DNA of 63,120 nucleotides, counting the filler, from Lenisia limosa (lineage: Eukaryota > Protista > Breviatea), in NCBI GenBank assembly GCA_001655205.1. It is 11 parts of 11 records of this genome, joined end to end, with 100 filler letters (N's around TTAATTAATTAA, not from the genome) between each part and the next. Parts side by side here need not be neighbours in the genome. Positions count along the whole stretch, not along the records: positions 22,823 to 27,205 come from LPNZ01003127.1; positions 27,306 to 41,429 come from LPNZ01011057.1; 9 more parts are not named here. The stretch is one strand, 5' to 3'. How positions within the stretch are numbered: the first letter of the stretch is position 1; every line of letters starts with the position of its first letter. Shown in pieces: positions 22,910 through 36,600 of this stretch. Under the pieces are notes generated by a model. The model was not told the DNA's origin. It ran no database searches and saw only the letters and a list, made by a program, of their open reading frames with translations. Both the position numbers and the translations under genes were made by a program.

Positions 22910-25831
22910 ACTAATGAGGGTGTAGACTGGTTGGAGGACTTGGACGATGCCGAAGGTGCGGACTGGGAGGGTGGGAGGTTGGTTTGAGCCTGGGCAGCCA
23001 GAAGCTCAGCAGTGAGTCCCGAGGTTCGTCGGTCCGGGCTGGAGGTAAGAATCGTGTATTCATATTTAGGGTTTCACTTCGGTTCAAAAAAGACCGGTCA
23101 AATGTTGATAGTTTTCGAGGATTTATCGAGAAATTTGGTCTTTTTTCGAACCGAAGTGAAGCCCAATTCGTATTGCCAGATCAAGTGAGAAGTCTGATTT
23201 ATGAGGGCATTTCCCTTGAGCTCTACAGATAAACCGTTTACCTGAGGGGGGAAATGGGAGAGAGTAGCGAAGATTGGGTGGTTGGAGTATCCGGCTCTGA
23301 TATTGACGGGACGGGGGATTTAGGGAACGTGAGGGAATCCGTGGCAGTGGCCGAAGGAGTTTTAACGGTTTTAGGCAAGGAGGAAGGGATTGTGCTGAGG
23401 GGATGAGTGAACTAAAATACGGCTGAACCAACTTTGGGGATGATGATGGTTTGAATGGATTCTGAGATTGGAGCGCACTACCCACTGAATCGACTAAAGA
23501 ATAAGGACCAAGACAAAGCTGAATTATACAATATGCCGTACCAGATTTGGGCGGCGAGGCGCCCTGTTTTCTAGATGGTGACGGCGGAAGAGGCTTTTTC
23601 GGAGGAGTGGAGGGCGAGTGGGACATTGGCGTTCGGGGCGAAGGCTCCCGGGGGTTTGGCGTGTTTGGCGAGACTGCTCTATTTTGAGATATACAAAGAG
23701 GACTCCGGCACGGGGTGTGGGGGGACTGAAGTGTCAAATGGTTGGCGATGAGACGAGGGTTGGGATAAAGCAAAAGCTTAGATCAGGCTGAAGCCACACT
23801 ATCATCAGGAACGATATCAGCTATCAACCAAAACGGCCTCAAACATTCAATGATCACAATTGTTACGCACCTTGTTTCGCGGGCTCAGGAAAGGATGCAT
23901 AAACAACTCTTCGAAACTGATTCGCTCCACAGGGTTCCGCTTCAAGAGAGACTGGAAAGTAAACGCCACAACGCCAACAAACCTTCATAAGTTCCAAGCA
24001 GTCTTCAGGACAGTCTGGCCAGTCTGGCTTGGATGTTTCGATCTTTTGGATCAGCGCCATGTGGTTGTCCGCCTGGGGGGGGGGAGTAAAATTGGAAAAT
24101 TTATGAAACAAAAAAACCCAAATCAACTCTGTTGNNNNNNNNNNNNNNNNNNNNNNNNNNNNNNNNNNNNNNNNNNNNNNNNNNNNNNNNNNNNNNNNNN
24201 NNNNNNNNNNNNNNNNNNNNNNNNNNNNNNNNNNNNNNNNNNNNNNNNNNNNNNNNNNNNNNNNNNNNNNNNNNNNNNNNNNNNNNNNNNNNNNNNNNNN
24301 NNNNNCTGAAACTCCAAACAAAAAAAAAGGGGGGGAGGATAAAGCGAGGGAAATTGATATTTGAAACAAAAAAAGTTCCCAAAAATACATGCGTGAAACA
24401 TTTGGGTCATTACATGATGGATGATGGTTGAAAAACAAAACAACCAAAGGTCAGTCGATTCTGCAACGGTGTTGGCGCGAGAATGCCATTTCAGCAATGC
24501 TCACCATATATGGAGGTCGTCCAGCCATCATTTCGAAGAGAATTGCACCAACAGACCTAGTAGGTGTTAGAGAATGTAACTGGCCAAAGTAATATGCCAG
24601 TTAAAAGCCTACCAAAGGTCAGCTTTGGAGTCGTACTTCTTGTACTTGAGAATCTCAGGTGCCTGGAATATGAGGCCAACGACTTGGAAAGAGGCTTACC
24701 ATGTAAAGCGGTGATCCACAGAGAGTTTCAGCCATACCAGTTGGTTCAATATACCTACAACAGTAAATTGCCAAAAGGATAAAAAAAAATTTACGTTTAC
24801 AGAGCAATGATACTACTCAACCACCAAACCTCGCAAATCCGAAGTCCGCGATTTTAATTGTCGCTTCATCCAGGTTGGAGCATGATAAAAGGAGATTCTG
24901 GGGCTACAGGGTGAGATGATGCCAATGTAGCAAATAAAAATGGTATTACTGGAATGCTATTTCATCATCATACTTTTAAATCTCTGTGCACCAAATTAAC
25001 TGTCCGCAAAAGCTCAAGCCCTGAAGCTAAAAGAGTATTAAAGAAAAGTATGAGAAAGACAAATTGTGATCAAAAGGAATGAGATGAAAGTAAATACACC
25101 ATCACCACAAACCCAGCTGAGTTAAAACATGGCGGACAGTTTCAATGGCAAGAGGAGTGCCTTTGGATTTCCTGTGCAAATTAGAATAGTTCCAGTTGAA
25201 AAGCAGACAAATGCTTGCCTTTTGGAGTAGTTGGAGGAAGTGGTATTTCAAGGATGAGCCAAAGAACAAATGTGAAATGAACACAGCTGAATTTTCCAAA
25301 TGGTAGTATGGACTCTTCCATGGAGTGAAGGAAAGAGCCTTACCATGCATGACCCCTGCTGCCTACTTGAGGACTCGGGCTAAGTCGCCACCAGAACAGT
25401 GTTCCAGGACAAGGTGGATATGATTGGTTGATGTCTGTGAAGGGTAAGATATCTCCTCTGCCGTTAAAATGAAAAAATTGTCAAATGCTACCGTAAAATG
25501 GTCCAGTTTGCCTACAATAACTTCATAAAGCTCAACACAGTTGGGGTGCCTTGTCATTTGCATGACTCCTATCTCGCTATCCAGGTTATCTTTGCCCTTT
25601 GGGGAAAGCCGGTCTTTCCGAACAGTTTTGATAGCAACCTGGTGAAAATAAGAGAAGAAGGGTCACGAAGGGGGGTTGGAAGGCCAGGGAAGAGGGGAAA
25701 TAATATGGAAACTCGCCTCCAACCTCCTTCTTCGTCTCACTATGCACAGCTTTGTAGACTGTTGCAAAAGAGCCAGCGCCTATCTTGCCTATGACAAGAT
25801 ACGGACCAATCCTCGCTTCCTGCGATGCCAT
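22910..25831 (-). CDS. ATG1: ATG1/ULK-family Ser/Thr kinase, 3'-partial, many exons
   Basis: MASQEARIGPYLVIGKIGAGSFATVYKAVH / VAIKTV...DNLDSEIGVM...HPNCVELY / LVLEHCSGGDL / VHRDLK / PQNLLL...IKIADFGFAR / MAETLCGSPLYM / APEILKYKKYDSKADLW / SVGAILFEMMAGRPPY / ADNHMALIQKIE / LLKRNPVERISFEELFMHPFL, then a Ser/Pro-rich linker. Confidence 0.88.
23069..23164. mobile_element. MITE family A copy in ATG1 intron
   Basis: TA-GGGTTTCACTTCGGTTCAAAAAAG...TTTTTTCGAACCGAAGTGAAGCCC. Confidence 0.82.
24073..24134 (-). repeat. Repeat family B at ATG1 intron acceptor (gapped)
   Basis: Minus strand reads CAACAGAGTTGATTTGGG...AATTTTCCAATTTTACTCCCCCCCCAG, then exon ADNHM. Confidence 0.82.
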
Positions 25832-26070
25832 TTCTGGCTGGTTCTTGAAAGTGCGTCTCCCTGCTCTCTCGTCTTCTTAAAAACTTATGGTGGTTATTAT
25901 TGGTTGGAATGTTGGAATGGAGATTAGGATTTGGTTGTTTTTCTGTGAATTTTTGATTTTTTCGTCAATCCCGTGCCGCCATCTTCAATTCCCCAGAGGA
26001 AAAGATGGAAACAATAAATACCATATGGTTAATAACAAGAAATACCAATACACAAGAAACAAGGGGTAGA

Positions 26071-27061
26071 TTAGAAGTAGAGATCTCTCTCTCCCTTCTC
26101 GAGTTGGACAAGCTTTTTCTCTAAGCTGTGACGAACTGAAGGCTTGGCGATTTTGGCCGTCTCAGTCTCCAGTACCTTGTAGCCTTCTTCACGAGCCTCT
26201 TCACTTCCGTAGTCACTGAGCAATGAGCTTGATGTTGCGAGAATAAAACCATATGTCCAAATGAAACCACTTTCCACAAAATCGCCACATACTCGAGATA
26301 CTCCTTCATGGTGAGAATAGCATTGGGGTGACAATAGTTGTGAATTTCACCATCCTTGGCAATCTTCATGAACTCGCAGCCGGTACGACCAAGACGGTAG
26401 CAAGCAGTACTACGACATTATCAAGACCAGTTGTATCACACACCCACCAGAAAGAGGGGACATAACCGTCCTTCATAAGGTCAACAAGGACAGCGTCGAG
26501 AGGACGTTCATCTTGGAGGTCAAACTGGCCCTTGGTGTCGTCTTGTTCTTCAGACTGCTTCGTTAAAACCAAAATGTCATTCAAACAATATCTGACACCC
26601 ACGTATGAATACGAAGGGGGCAGATGCAAAGTTAATTACAAAAAACACCTAAAACCAGCTCGGAGGAGACTAACCTCTTCGTCATAGCCATTGATGTTGG
26701 TACGGGAGCCGGCAGAGAGCTGACTGATGCCCATGTTGAGGAGAGTGTTACGAAGGTCCTTGGACTCGCGGGTAGAGAGGATCATACCTGCAACATGAAA
26801 TTTGGTTTATTATTGGACCGCTAAAATTGTGTTCGGAGATGTTAGCAAACCAGTGTAAGGAACAGCGCAGCGGAGGACAGCCACAAGCTTCTTGAAGTCT
26901 ACATCGTCAAACAGGCAGGCAATACTCTGCACTACAGTACAGCAGGACAGTTACATACCGGCATCGTAGACGGGGTGGGGGACGTGCATAGCGTCAGCAG
27001 CACCACCGGCGGGTTGGATACGAGGAATGGAGATGGTGTGAGGTCCGGCACCGTAGGTGTC
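26071..27061 (-). CDS. hydG: [FeFe]-hydrogenase H-cluster maturase HydG, C-terminal half, intron-containing
   Basis: YGAGPHTISIPRIQPA / DFKKLVAVLRCAVPYT / GMILSTRES...MGISQLSAGSRT / QFDLQDERPLD...GYVPSF / CTACYRLGRTGCEFMKIAKDGEIHNYCHPNA (Cx2Cx22C, characteristic of HydG) / ...GERDLYF stop. Confidence 0.92.
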
Positions 27062-27329
27062 CTACAACAGTCAATCCCAATCAGATAGTTATTGTGAGAT
27101 ATCAAATTCCCCGTGTTTGCTTTTGCTTGTTTTTTTTGTTTTTTGTTTGGAGTTTCAGATTAGTCGTACGCCAATATTTTTCATCGAAATTTCCTTCGTT
27201 TTACTNNNNNNNNNNNNNNNNNNNNNNNNNNNNNNNNNNNNNNNNNNNNTTAATTAATTAANNNNNNNNNNNNNNNNNNNNNNNNNNNNNNNNNNNNNNN
27301 NNNNNTATCATATAAAATACAATATTTCT

Positions 27330-29213
27330 TACCTTTGCTCTCTGATGCGCTTTCCGATTTCCTTTGGCCTACTACAGGTTCACTGCCCACATGAGCAGGC
27401 TGAGATACTAAAATGTAAGAGCCGCAATAATAAATTCAGACCCTACCACGAGGAGACGGCTTTCTTCCTCCCATGGTCGATGCATATGAACCAGTGCGGT
27501 GGGTCACTCGTCTGGATGTTGTAAATCAGGAAAATCTAAACATATCAATTATTTAAATACTATTTAATAATATACATACGATATATAAGTATGATATAGT
27601 ATATCATATATAGTACATGTAATATAGTCAACTTTTGGTTGTTTTTGACAACAATATCCCCTTGTTTGCCTTTGTATTTACAATGCTCCAAATTAAATGT
27701 CTCCAAGACAATTTTAAATGTTGTTAGGTATTTGGTGCTGTTTCCAGGATCTTTGGACCTCACAGAGGCGAGAAAATCGGCCTTGTAACCCCCAAACTAA
27801 GGATTTACCTGAGCCAAAATCAAGGGGTGGTGGTCAACTTTTGCTTGTTTTTGATATTAATCCCCCCTTGTTTGCCTTTGTATCAACAATGCTCAAAATT
27901 AAATGTCTCTTAGACAGTGTTTGGTACTGTTTTTGGGAAATCTAGACCTCACAGAGGTGAGAAAATCCGCTTAGTGACCCTCCCAAACTTAGGATATTTG
28001 ACCTTAGCTAAAATCAAGGGGTGGTGGTCAACTTCTGGTTGTTTTTGACAATCCCCGTAATATATTATACTATCTATCACATAGCTATATAATAGTGATG
28101 TATTTATTTTTGAACCAAGAAAAATACCATACCTCAAGGCAGCAGGGTAGACAGATGGAAGGGACTTGATTTCATTTGCCAACTGTTCGCGGTGCAAAAG
28201 GCGATGCTGCTGGGATATTGTGAGAAGAGTAAACCTTTATGACAAAATTCCCAAGAAATACCTGCATTTGGCTTTGAATTCCCATGAGAACTGGCCACAT
28301 GGAGGTCTGGGAAACATGTGAGTGGTGGGATCAGTTAGTGAATTCGTAAGGTCTAAGATATTCTGGAGTTAATGCAACCCAACTTACGTGTCTGTTATCT
28401 TGTATTATTTCGGTGAGTTTTGAGGAAAGAGTGTCACTTGCTGCAGCAACCTGGAGAACCATGAGATAGCGTTGAGCAATTGATCCCAATCATGGCATAT
28501 CAAATAGATCCAACCTGTCTGATTCTACTTGACTGCTCATTAACGGAAAGGGTTAAACCCGCCACGCGGCTTGGTGGTGGTTGAAGGGCTTCAGTGCCGC
28601 GGATGTGGTTCTAATACAATAAGCAGATTAAATCTGTGCATAATTTTCTACCACATTCTTATTAATCAGAAAACAATAGTATCTCAAACTTTAAGCTTGG
28701 CCGAAGCGTAGGCGTTTGCACGGGAGTTGGCGGAAGGCATGAGAGCTACTGATGCGCACATATTGGCAATCACATCATCAAAGTCAAGGAGCTGAAATTG
28801 TCACGTAAAAGTCTTTATTATATTCTTGCCAAACACCAAAAAAACACCAACCAACCCCGGATGAAATTGTCTCAGAGCCAGACATCAAAGCTATCTTGCC
28901 GTACGAACTTGGTGAAGGCACAGTAATTACCCGCTATATGATTAGAAAAGTTTTGCAGCCTTTCATAAGAACGAGTGGTCAAACCAGACGCCCACTCTAA
29001 ACTCTGGATTATGGGTGGTCACCTCTTCGGTCCGACCAACTTCCTTCCACTTGGACTTAGACAGCGGCACATAAACACATAAACAAAACTTTCTGTGATG
29101 GACTGTGTCATCAATGGTGCTAAATTGATTAACAAAACATACATGAAAAAATGACAAACCAGCCAAAGGAGAGGGCCACTGACGAGTTCATGATTGAAAG
29201 TTTTGAAGTTCAC
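27330..29213 (-). CDS. Uncharacterised multi-exon protein divergent from eIF5A, 3'-partial
   Basis: GT-AG exons such as LLDFDDVIANMCASVALMPSANSRANAYASAKLK, TSMWPVLMGIQSQMQ and HREQLANEIKSLPSVYPAALR. No family recognised. Confidence 0.45.
27625..28055 (+). repeat. About 200-bp tandem duplication (about 2.2 units) in an intron
   Basis: GTCAACTT(T/C)TG(G/C)TTGTTTTTGA near 27628, 27833 and 28027; GACCTCACAGAGG...AAAATCAAGGGGTGGTGG occurs twice. Confidence 0.8.
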
Positions 29214-29557
29214 CCAGAGTATTTTTTTTAGTTATAATAATATAATGCTGTTTGTAGCAGCGCCAGCGCAGCAGGTGGGAAGAGATGGGGAAAATCAAAA
29301 GTCTACGAAATTACACTGAATTCTCCGAGTGAAGTGCTGTCGTCTCTTATTTTTTATTTGATTTTTACTACTATCATAATATTCTTATGAATTCAATTTT
29401 TTCGAAAAAAAAACGCGAAGAAAAAAAAAAGCCCCGGTGGCGGTGAACTGAACTGAGGTCACCTAGTTATCTTTTCAGTGGCTTTTTTTCAAAAATTCTG
29501 TCTTTATTAAACGTTTGTTTACCATTTTTGCTGTTTGTTATTTATTTTTTTAGAAAT

Positions 29558-30171
29558 ATGTCTGACGAGACCTTTGAACAAGCTGACTCCGGGGCTTCCC
29601 TCACCACCCCCCTCCAGTGCTCTGCTGTAGGTTATACATTCATTTGGGAGTTTTCTAACTTTCATTCAGCTCCGTAAGGGTGGCCACATTGTCATCAAGG
29701 GACATCCTTGCAAGGTTGTTGAGATCTCAACTTCTAAGACTGGCAAGCACGGTTGGTTTTGGACTTAAATAAAAAATTGGCTGTCTTTTCCCTTTTACAA
29801 GTGTCGTGATTCTATTAGGTCACGCTAAGGCCCATATTGTTGCCCTTGACATCTTCACCCAAAAGAAGTACGAAGAGCTTTCTCCCTCTACCCACAACAT
29901 CGAGGTCCCTACCGTCAAGCGCTCTGAGCTCCTTGTAAGCCTTTAACTTGATTTGGGTTGCGTTTACATTTTTCAGCTCATCGATATTGACGAGGACGAC
30001 TACCTTTCTCTCATGGACGACAACGGTGAAACCCGTGCTGACCTCAAGGTTCCCGGAGGTGAGCTCGGTGAGAAGCTCCGTGCTCGTTTCGAGAACGACG
30101 AGGAGACCGTTTGCACTGTCCTCGCTGCTATGGGCCACGAGGCCGTCATTGAGTTCAAGAACTCCAAGTAA
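29558..30171 (+). CDS. eIF5A: Translation factor eIF5A, 4 exons, complete
   Basis: [23 protein letters not shown] / [28 protein letters not shown] / [26 protein letters not shown]... ; hypusine motif [12 protein letters not shown]; three GT-AG introns. Confidence 0.97.
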
Positions 30172-30615
30172 ATGTATTTATTTAATATAAAATGTCACTT
30201 GTTCTAGAGCTTCCTCTTGCCTTCCCTCCCTACTTTATGCACTTGTTAGCATCAAATATAATACCGATATTTTGGATTCTTTCGCTGGCTTCCACCTTCC
30301 CACTTGTGATAAGGGGAGTAAGAGTGGAATGTGTTATTTCTTTTTCTAGAATTTTCTACCAAACCCAAGTTAGGGCTACTCACACCAAACTGGTGGGGGT
30401 AGGAGTGGGTTTCTTCCAACTAACCTTTTGATTCGCTCTGGCCTACCCATCATCTCATTGTTTTGGGTTTACTTATCAACGGTAGTCATGAGCAATTCGA
30501 AGTGTTAGTGTAATTTGGTTAATTAACACGAGGAGGAATTTACGGCCACCAGTAGGGAAACAATGCATGAATAAAGCAGAAAGCTAAGAAAGGTCTACAA
30601 TGACAAGGCGAATTA

Positions 30616-33600
30616 CTATGATGATTCTGAGAGGGGGTTTTTCTTGACAACAGTAGTGCCATTTGACATGAGAGGAACGTGGCAGGTGTACTTGTCACCA
30701 GACATTGTAGCTCGTTGCCCTATCACGTGAGCCCTCTCAACAACATGCTTCAAATTTGGTGAACTACCCAAGCCTACCCGCAGCAACAATAGCAGGAGTG
30801 TTCATTGTTTGGAACGCAGTGATGGCCTGGGTGTGACCCACCTGCCCAACAAGCTCTAGTGCCTAAACTGTCAACTCTGCCTAACAGAAAGCACATAATT
30901 GGCCATCCCCCGAGACGCACCTGGCCAACACGCACTTCGGTTTCCAGTGGGTTGTTTTCTTCATCGACAGTGAAGATCCAGCGTGGAGAGGCTGCACTCG
31001 CCAAAATCACAGGCATCCAAGAGTATTCCATCACCAGGTCTGCGGGATTAAGGGGCAATAGGGTACACTATCAACGAGGAACCCCGGAATATATTATCAC
31101 AGCTTCAATTCAGTAGAGAAAAAATTATGGTATCCTCTTTGGACAGAACAACCCTCCCAACAAGTATCCGGTCTGAGGCAGGCAAAAGAGAAGGGGAGTA
31201 GGGCCGCGAGTGCTGAGGGAGAAACGTGGTAGTGGTCACCAGGGAGACGGTTATGAGGCTCGGAGAGCGTTAACTGGGGGGGGGGGNNNNNNNNNNNNNN
31301 NNNNNNNNNNNNNNNNNNNNNNNNNNNNNNNNNNNNNNNNNNNNNNNNNNNNNNNNNNNNNNNNNNNNNNNNNNNNNNNNNNNNNNNNNNNNTCTGTTGA
31401 TTGGCATTTGGGAAATAAAAAAGGGTTAAAAACAACAAAACAAAGCCCAGGTCAGCACTGGAAACATCAATTCAAATCCCCCCCTCCCCTCCCCCAAGGT
31501 TTGCATTTGAAATAATAGCATTAACAATAAAACGGTCAAGGCACATCTATATCGTATCATATCTACTCATGTGCTACACATACAATCATAAATAAAAATT
31601 GGTTGTATTTGGCCGAGTCCAAGCCATCACACTCGATATAATAAAAAAAAAAAGAAGATATGGATGCCCCCCCCCCCCNNNNNNNNNNNNNNNNNNNNNN
31701 NNNNNNNNNNNNNNNNNNNNNNNNNNNNNNNNNNNNNNNNNNNNNNNNNNNNNNNNNNNNNNNNNNNNNNNNNNNNNNNNNNNNNNNNNNNNNNNNNNNN
31801 NNNNNNNNNNNNAGACATCCAAAAAAACGTAATACTATGATATGTGCCTGCCCACAAGGACGAGTGTAGTGGAAAGCAGCAAGTCCACGAAGTGTTGCTG
31901 ACACACGGGAGTTGTTGGTTCCTGGAGAATTAGTTTTGAATTCAGCCTTGCTTCAAACCAGCCGCCATGAGGCCAAGACTGAGGATGGCGGATCTGCAGA
32001 CATCCTTATCATGATCATGAGCTAGGCGGCCCAGAGATTCTTCAATCTTAAGGATAAGGATGGCTGAAGTTAACGCAAATAATGAGGAAAAATATAACTA
32101 TGTCCTTACATCAATTTTGGGGTGTGATACATGGAGAAGACCCATGGCAACAGCAACACCGCAACGAGGGGTAGTTTTTTCTACAAGTACAATAAAACCA
32201 TTCTCCTTGCCATAGTAGGATTTCGCGTCAAGACAACCAACNNNNNNNNNNNNNNNNNNNNNNNNNNNNNNNNNNNNNNNNNNNNNNNNNNNNNNNNNNN
32301 NNNNNNNNNNNNNNNNNNNNNNNNNNNNNNNNNNNNNNNNTTGAGGTCATATCACGTGCAAGGGGGTTCCCCATTGAGATGAACCCACAACAGAGGGCTG
32401 CCATCTGAAGGGTTAGTTTAAGCATTTGGGTTAATATGGAGAATAGAGCTAAGAAAAAGACAAACTGGCTGCTCACCTGACAAACGTAACCTTTGGTCTC
32501 ATGATCGCCAGCAATCTTTGAAAACTTCTGAATTAGCTCTGGTTCTCCGCTTCCTATCAGTTAGATATAGCAGTACCAAGTGCTGAAACAAACCAGTATG
32601 AGAAATGGCTTCAATAACCATCGCGTAGATTTCAGTGACTTCTTCGGGAAGCGCGTCAAGGGCTGCCATAATACCTTCCAAGGCAGAGGCGTGACCTGTT
32701 CCGTGAGGTATTGAAAGGGGTAAAACAAAATAATGGTCATTATCCATCGTATTTCCCTCACCATAACACATCAAAGCTAAACCAGCACAGAAGAGCATTC
32801 CAGAAGGCAGCAGAAGGGGGTTTGAGGAGTGCTCAGCAAGAGCTTCCGCCTTGCGTTTCTTCTTTTCTTCCTCATCAAGGTCCTCTTCAGGTTTCGATGC
32901 TGAAGGTAAGAAACAAAAGGTGACCGGTCATACCTGACTCCGGGTCGTAATCGAGGCCTCTATCAAGGATGGTCATCAGAAGAGTGTCACTGGCTTCACC
33001 AACTCCAATTCCACAGTTCACCATGCCTGTGTTGTAAAGGACAAGGTGCAACAATCTACGAACCTAGAGCCAAAGAGGCTGTTGCTGCCACTTTCAGGGT
33101 AATGTCTGAGCCCATATACTTCATCAGCAACTAAATTGTTATATCATGAGGTGTGTATGCCCTTGTTGTGTAACCCTGCCCACCTCCGACACGTCCTCTC
33201 TTCTCTGGCCTGAATACGCAATACCAAGTCTGGAATGATGAGAAGAGTAAACAAATGTCCCAGGAAAAGTATACCCTCACCCTGCGATGCATGATATCAT
33301 TTCGTTGTCGGTGAGGTTCTCATTGTCAAGGGCAGTGGTGAGAAGCGCAAAAGCAGGGTCGCAATCGTTAACACAACCCGTAGACATCACTCCTACACAG
33401 GTTAATCCCTGACCTCAACAGCATCATGTCTTAAGGTAGCCTTTTTACAAGCGTACCGATGGCAAGGTGGGCACCAGATCGTACGTCAGCATCCTCAGAA
33501 TACATCCATTTGTCAAGGGCGGTAAGACCATTGTCGAAGTCCCAGAGATAGTGCATGCCTAGACTGTGTTACTCAAATAATTCACTTTGGTACCATCCTT

Positions 33601-36600
33601 CCCCTACCAAGAGAAGCAACCGCCGCAATTCTGTCATCACCCTTGCATTTGTACAACCACTTGTTGTTTTCTAACGAATAAAGGGGAGGAGTAAAATTGG
33701 ACTAGCTATATGAATGTCATATATTACATGATATACTATATGATACTATATAAAGGAGTAAAACAAAAGGGAAGATGGACAACACAGACACCGCCACCAA
33801 CCATCCTCAGAAGCCAGTTTGTCACCACCTAAGCCAGTATTGACCAAGCCGTTCACAACCTAAATAAATGGTGAGATGCGAAAGCGAGACCGGATCTCAG
33901 CATGATTCAGATTTAAAGCATATCCTATGTATATATTAAAGAAACAAACAGCCCAACCGCTTCGCCAAGTCCTTGGATATGAGTTTCCTTTTTAGAGGGG
34001 GCAAGTCCTCCTGCAAGGTTAACAAAAGGAAAGTGTGGTCTTCAAATATAGCCCACTTGAACAATAGATACAGCTCAATTCAATCAACACCCTCTCCCAC
34101 GCCCGTCAGCCTTGTGACTTTTGAAGGCATCATGAGGCAGCTTGGTCTCAACAGCAAGGTGCTTCATTGCAGACTTGACTTGGTCTGGAAGCTACAAAAG
34201 GTAACATAGGCCAAAACTCTTTACAATTTAATAAAAACCTTGGTTTTATTGCATGATAGTAACTCACATGTTCGTTGTTAACGACAGACTGCAAGCNNNN
34301 NNNNNNNNNNNNNNNNNNNNNNNNNNNNNNNNNNNNNNNNNNNNNNNNNNNNNNNNNNNNNNNNNNNNNNNNNNNNNNNNNNNNNNNNNNNNNNNNNNNN
34401 NNNNNNNNNNNNNTATATATGATATATACATGTAGCTATATAATATATGATAGTATATGATATATATACCGTCCATATATATCTGTGATTTTCCTATATC
34501 TTATACATAATATATCACATGATGTCATATCACAGAACTAACTCCTGTAAGGCGCTTATCAAGTTGAAAAAAAACACAAGACCAAGCAATACCAACGCAC
34601 CTCAGGAATACCCTCAACCGTCTCGAGGTCAACAAACTTCTTAAAATGTGACAAAGTATGACACATCTGTAGCCTCATTCCACTAAACCGCTTTTAGAGA
34701 ATGGTACTAAGGGGTATATAAATGGGGTGGTAGGTTGTTTTCACTTGTGTTAATTAAATTTGTCCCTAAAATATTGAAATTATAGCTTTCACCTGTTTCT
34801 TACTCTTATACACACAGTATTATAACCTAATCAAGTTTAGAGGAAAAGGGCACACGAGCTGAAGTTAAATAAAAAAATTCGGTCTTACTAACCATTTATT
34901 GCTGCCAGTTAACATTCAATTTTCAATAGAATTAATAACAAACGTGAAACAAGAAAATACAAACCCGCCAAGGAATTTCACTGATATACTAGTATTATAT
35001 ATAATGTCACACGTCAGATCCAACATACCCATCTAGTGCCTTAGTGAAAAGACAAAGTGCTTGATCCATTTTTTCCATCTCAATAGACAATACAAGAGCT
35101 GCCACAATTTTTTTGTGCTCAACAAAAAGCTGAATAAATGAGATCAGTTTATGTGAAGAAGATTCAATTTAAAAACGATTGTCATACGTATTAAGTGTAG
35201 TATTGGGATTAACACACCTCAAATGCCATGTTGAGGAGATAACTGCAATGGGCTTCACTAGAGATACGCGCCGAGGCAACAAGGTAAGTGCAGATCTTGG
35301 TTACTGACGCCTTGGTGACCTGAATGGTAATTGCATCTTCACTTGATTATCCCTCTCTTAATTAGTCATAAAAAAGAGTTCCATAACATTATGTTTTATG
35401 AATGACAACAAAAAATGAAAAAAGAAGGAGAAGAATCACCAACCAGAGGAGGCAGGAGGTGCATGTGTCCAGCCTAAATTATATTAACAAACGCTACCAA
35501 GAATACTCAATAAAAACAGAATACTACACGAAACTGGGTAAGTAACCTGACAAACCTCAAGTACAAGGTCAATAGCTTCATCATAGCTGTTACTCTAAAA
35601 GGTAATCTCTACTTCTACACACTGACCTTCATAAAAGCAGCAAAAACAGTGGAAATGATTGTGTTTAGTTCGGAGGGGACAGCAGCGTCCTCTTTGGCAG
35701 CTGTGGAATCAGGGAAACAGTAGCAATGTAATTCATGACTGTTTTCTACCGAACGATATCAAAATGATATGAATTCAATTTGACAAATGTAAATTCTATT
35801 GGAAAAGTACATTTACACCAGGGGCTTCCCATTCTTACATAGATCGACTTCTTTGTCACCTCTTGCTTCACGGACCTTAATAAGAAGTTCTTTTGAAATA
35901 TGCCTTCGAGGTTAAAGGAAAGAAGGTAAAGGTAATATATGTTGTCTAATTGACTTCATATTACACTCAGCTCTCACCTCATGTAATCAATACCCCAAGA
36001 TTGAATTTCTTCGGTTTCACCACCAGCAGTAATGCGGAATTTAAGCGCCTAAATACAGGTCAAAGTAAATACATTGGTTAGTAGAATACATACCTGGAGA
36101 GGTCTTCTTCTGATATCTTTCATCTCCTCAGCCTGAAATAATGTAAATTAAAAGGGTTAAATTATGGTCAGAAAAAAGAAGAAGCGAACAGCATCCTCCC
36201 ACTTCTTCTTCAGGTAAGAGAAGAGAGGGCTTTTTGGGTTTGTTCTTGGCCTTGGCAGCCTTTAGTGCCTCTTCAGTCCGGGCTTCTTCCTTTTCCTTTT
36301 CGGTCATGTCTTTATCCTTAGCTAAACGAGCTTCACGTTCAGCGGCGAGCTTTCTCTCCTATTGAATTAGGTAATGAACACGTATGAACCAACCTCCTCA
36401 TCTTCAACATCAGATAGAACAGTACTGGAAGTCACCGCCAAGAATGACAATAATGCACTGAATTTAGCATATCCTTCATCCTCAGTGGACATCTTCTCGT
36501 GGATCAGAACAAGGTTGGGGAAAGTACGATACAAGTACTGGACTTCTTTGGGAACAGACGCTAAGGTAACAGTGGCCGCTTTCAAAGCTGTGTGAAGTCC

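Noticed and set aside
23123-23773. Stand-alone Pro/Ser-rich gene
   Set aside because: It is the linker exon downstream of the ATG1 kinase domain, extended into a MITE-bearing intron.
28490-28492. In-frame TGA suggesting selenocysteine or recoding
   Set aside because: It falls inside a roughly 64-nt GT-AG intron whose removal keeps the frame.
30774-31058. Separate Cys-rich small protein
   Set aside because: It is RPN1 C-terminal exon sequence read through introns into the wrong frame.
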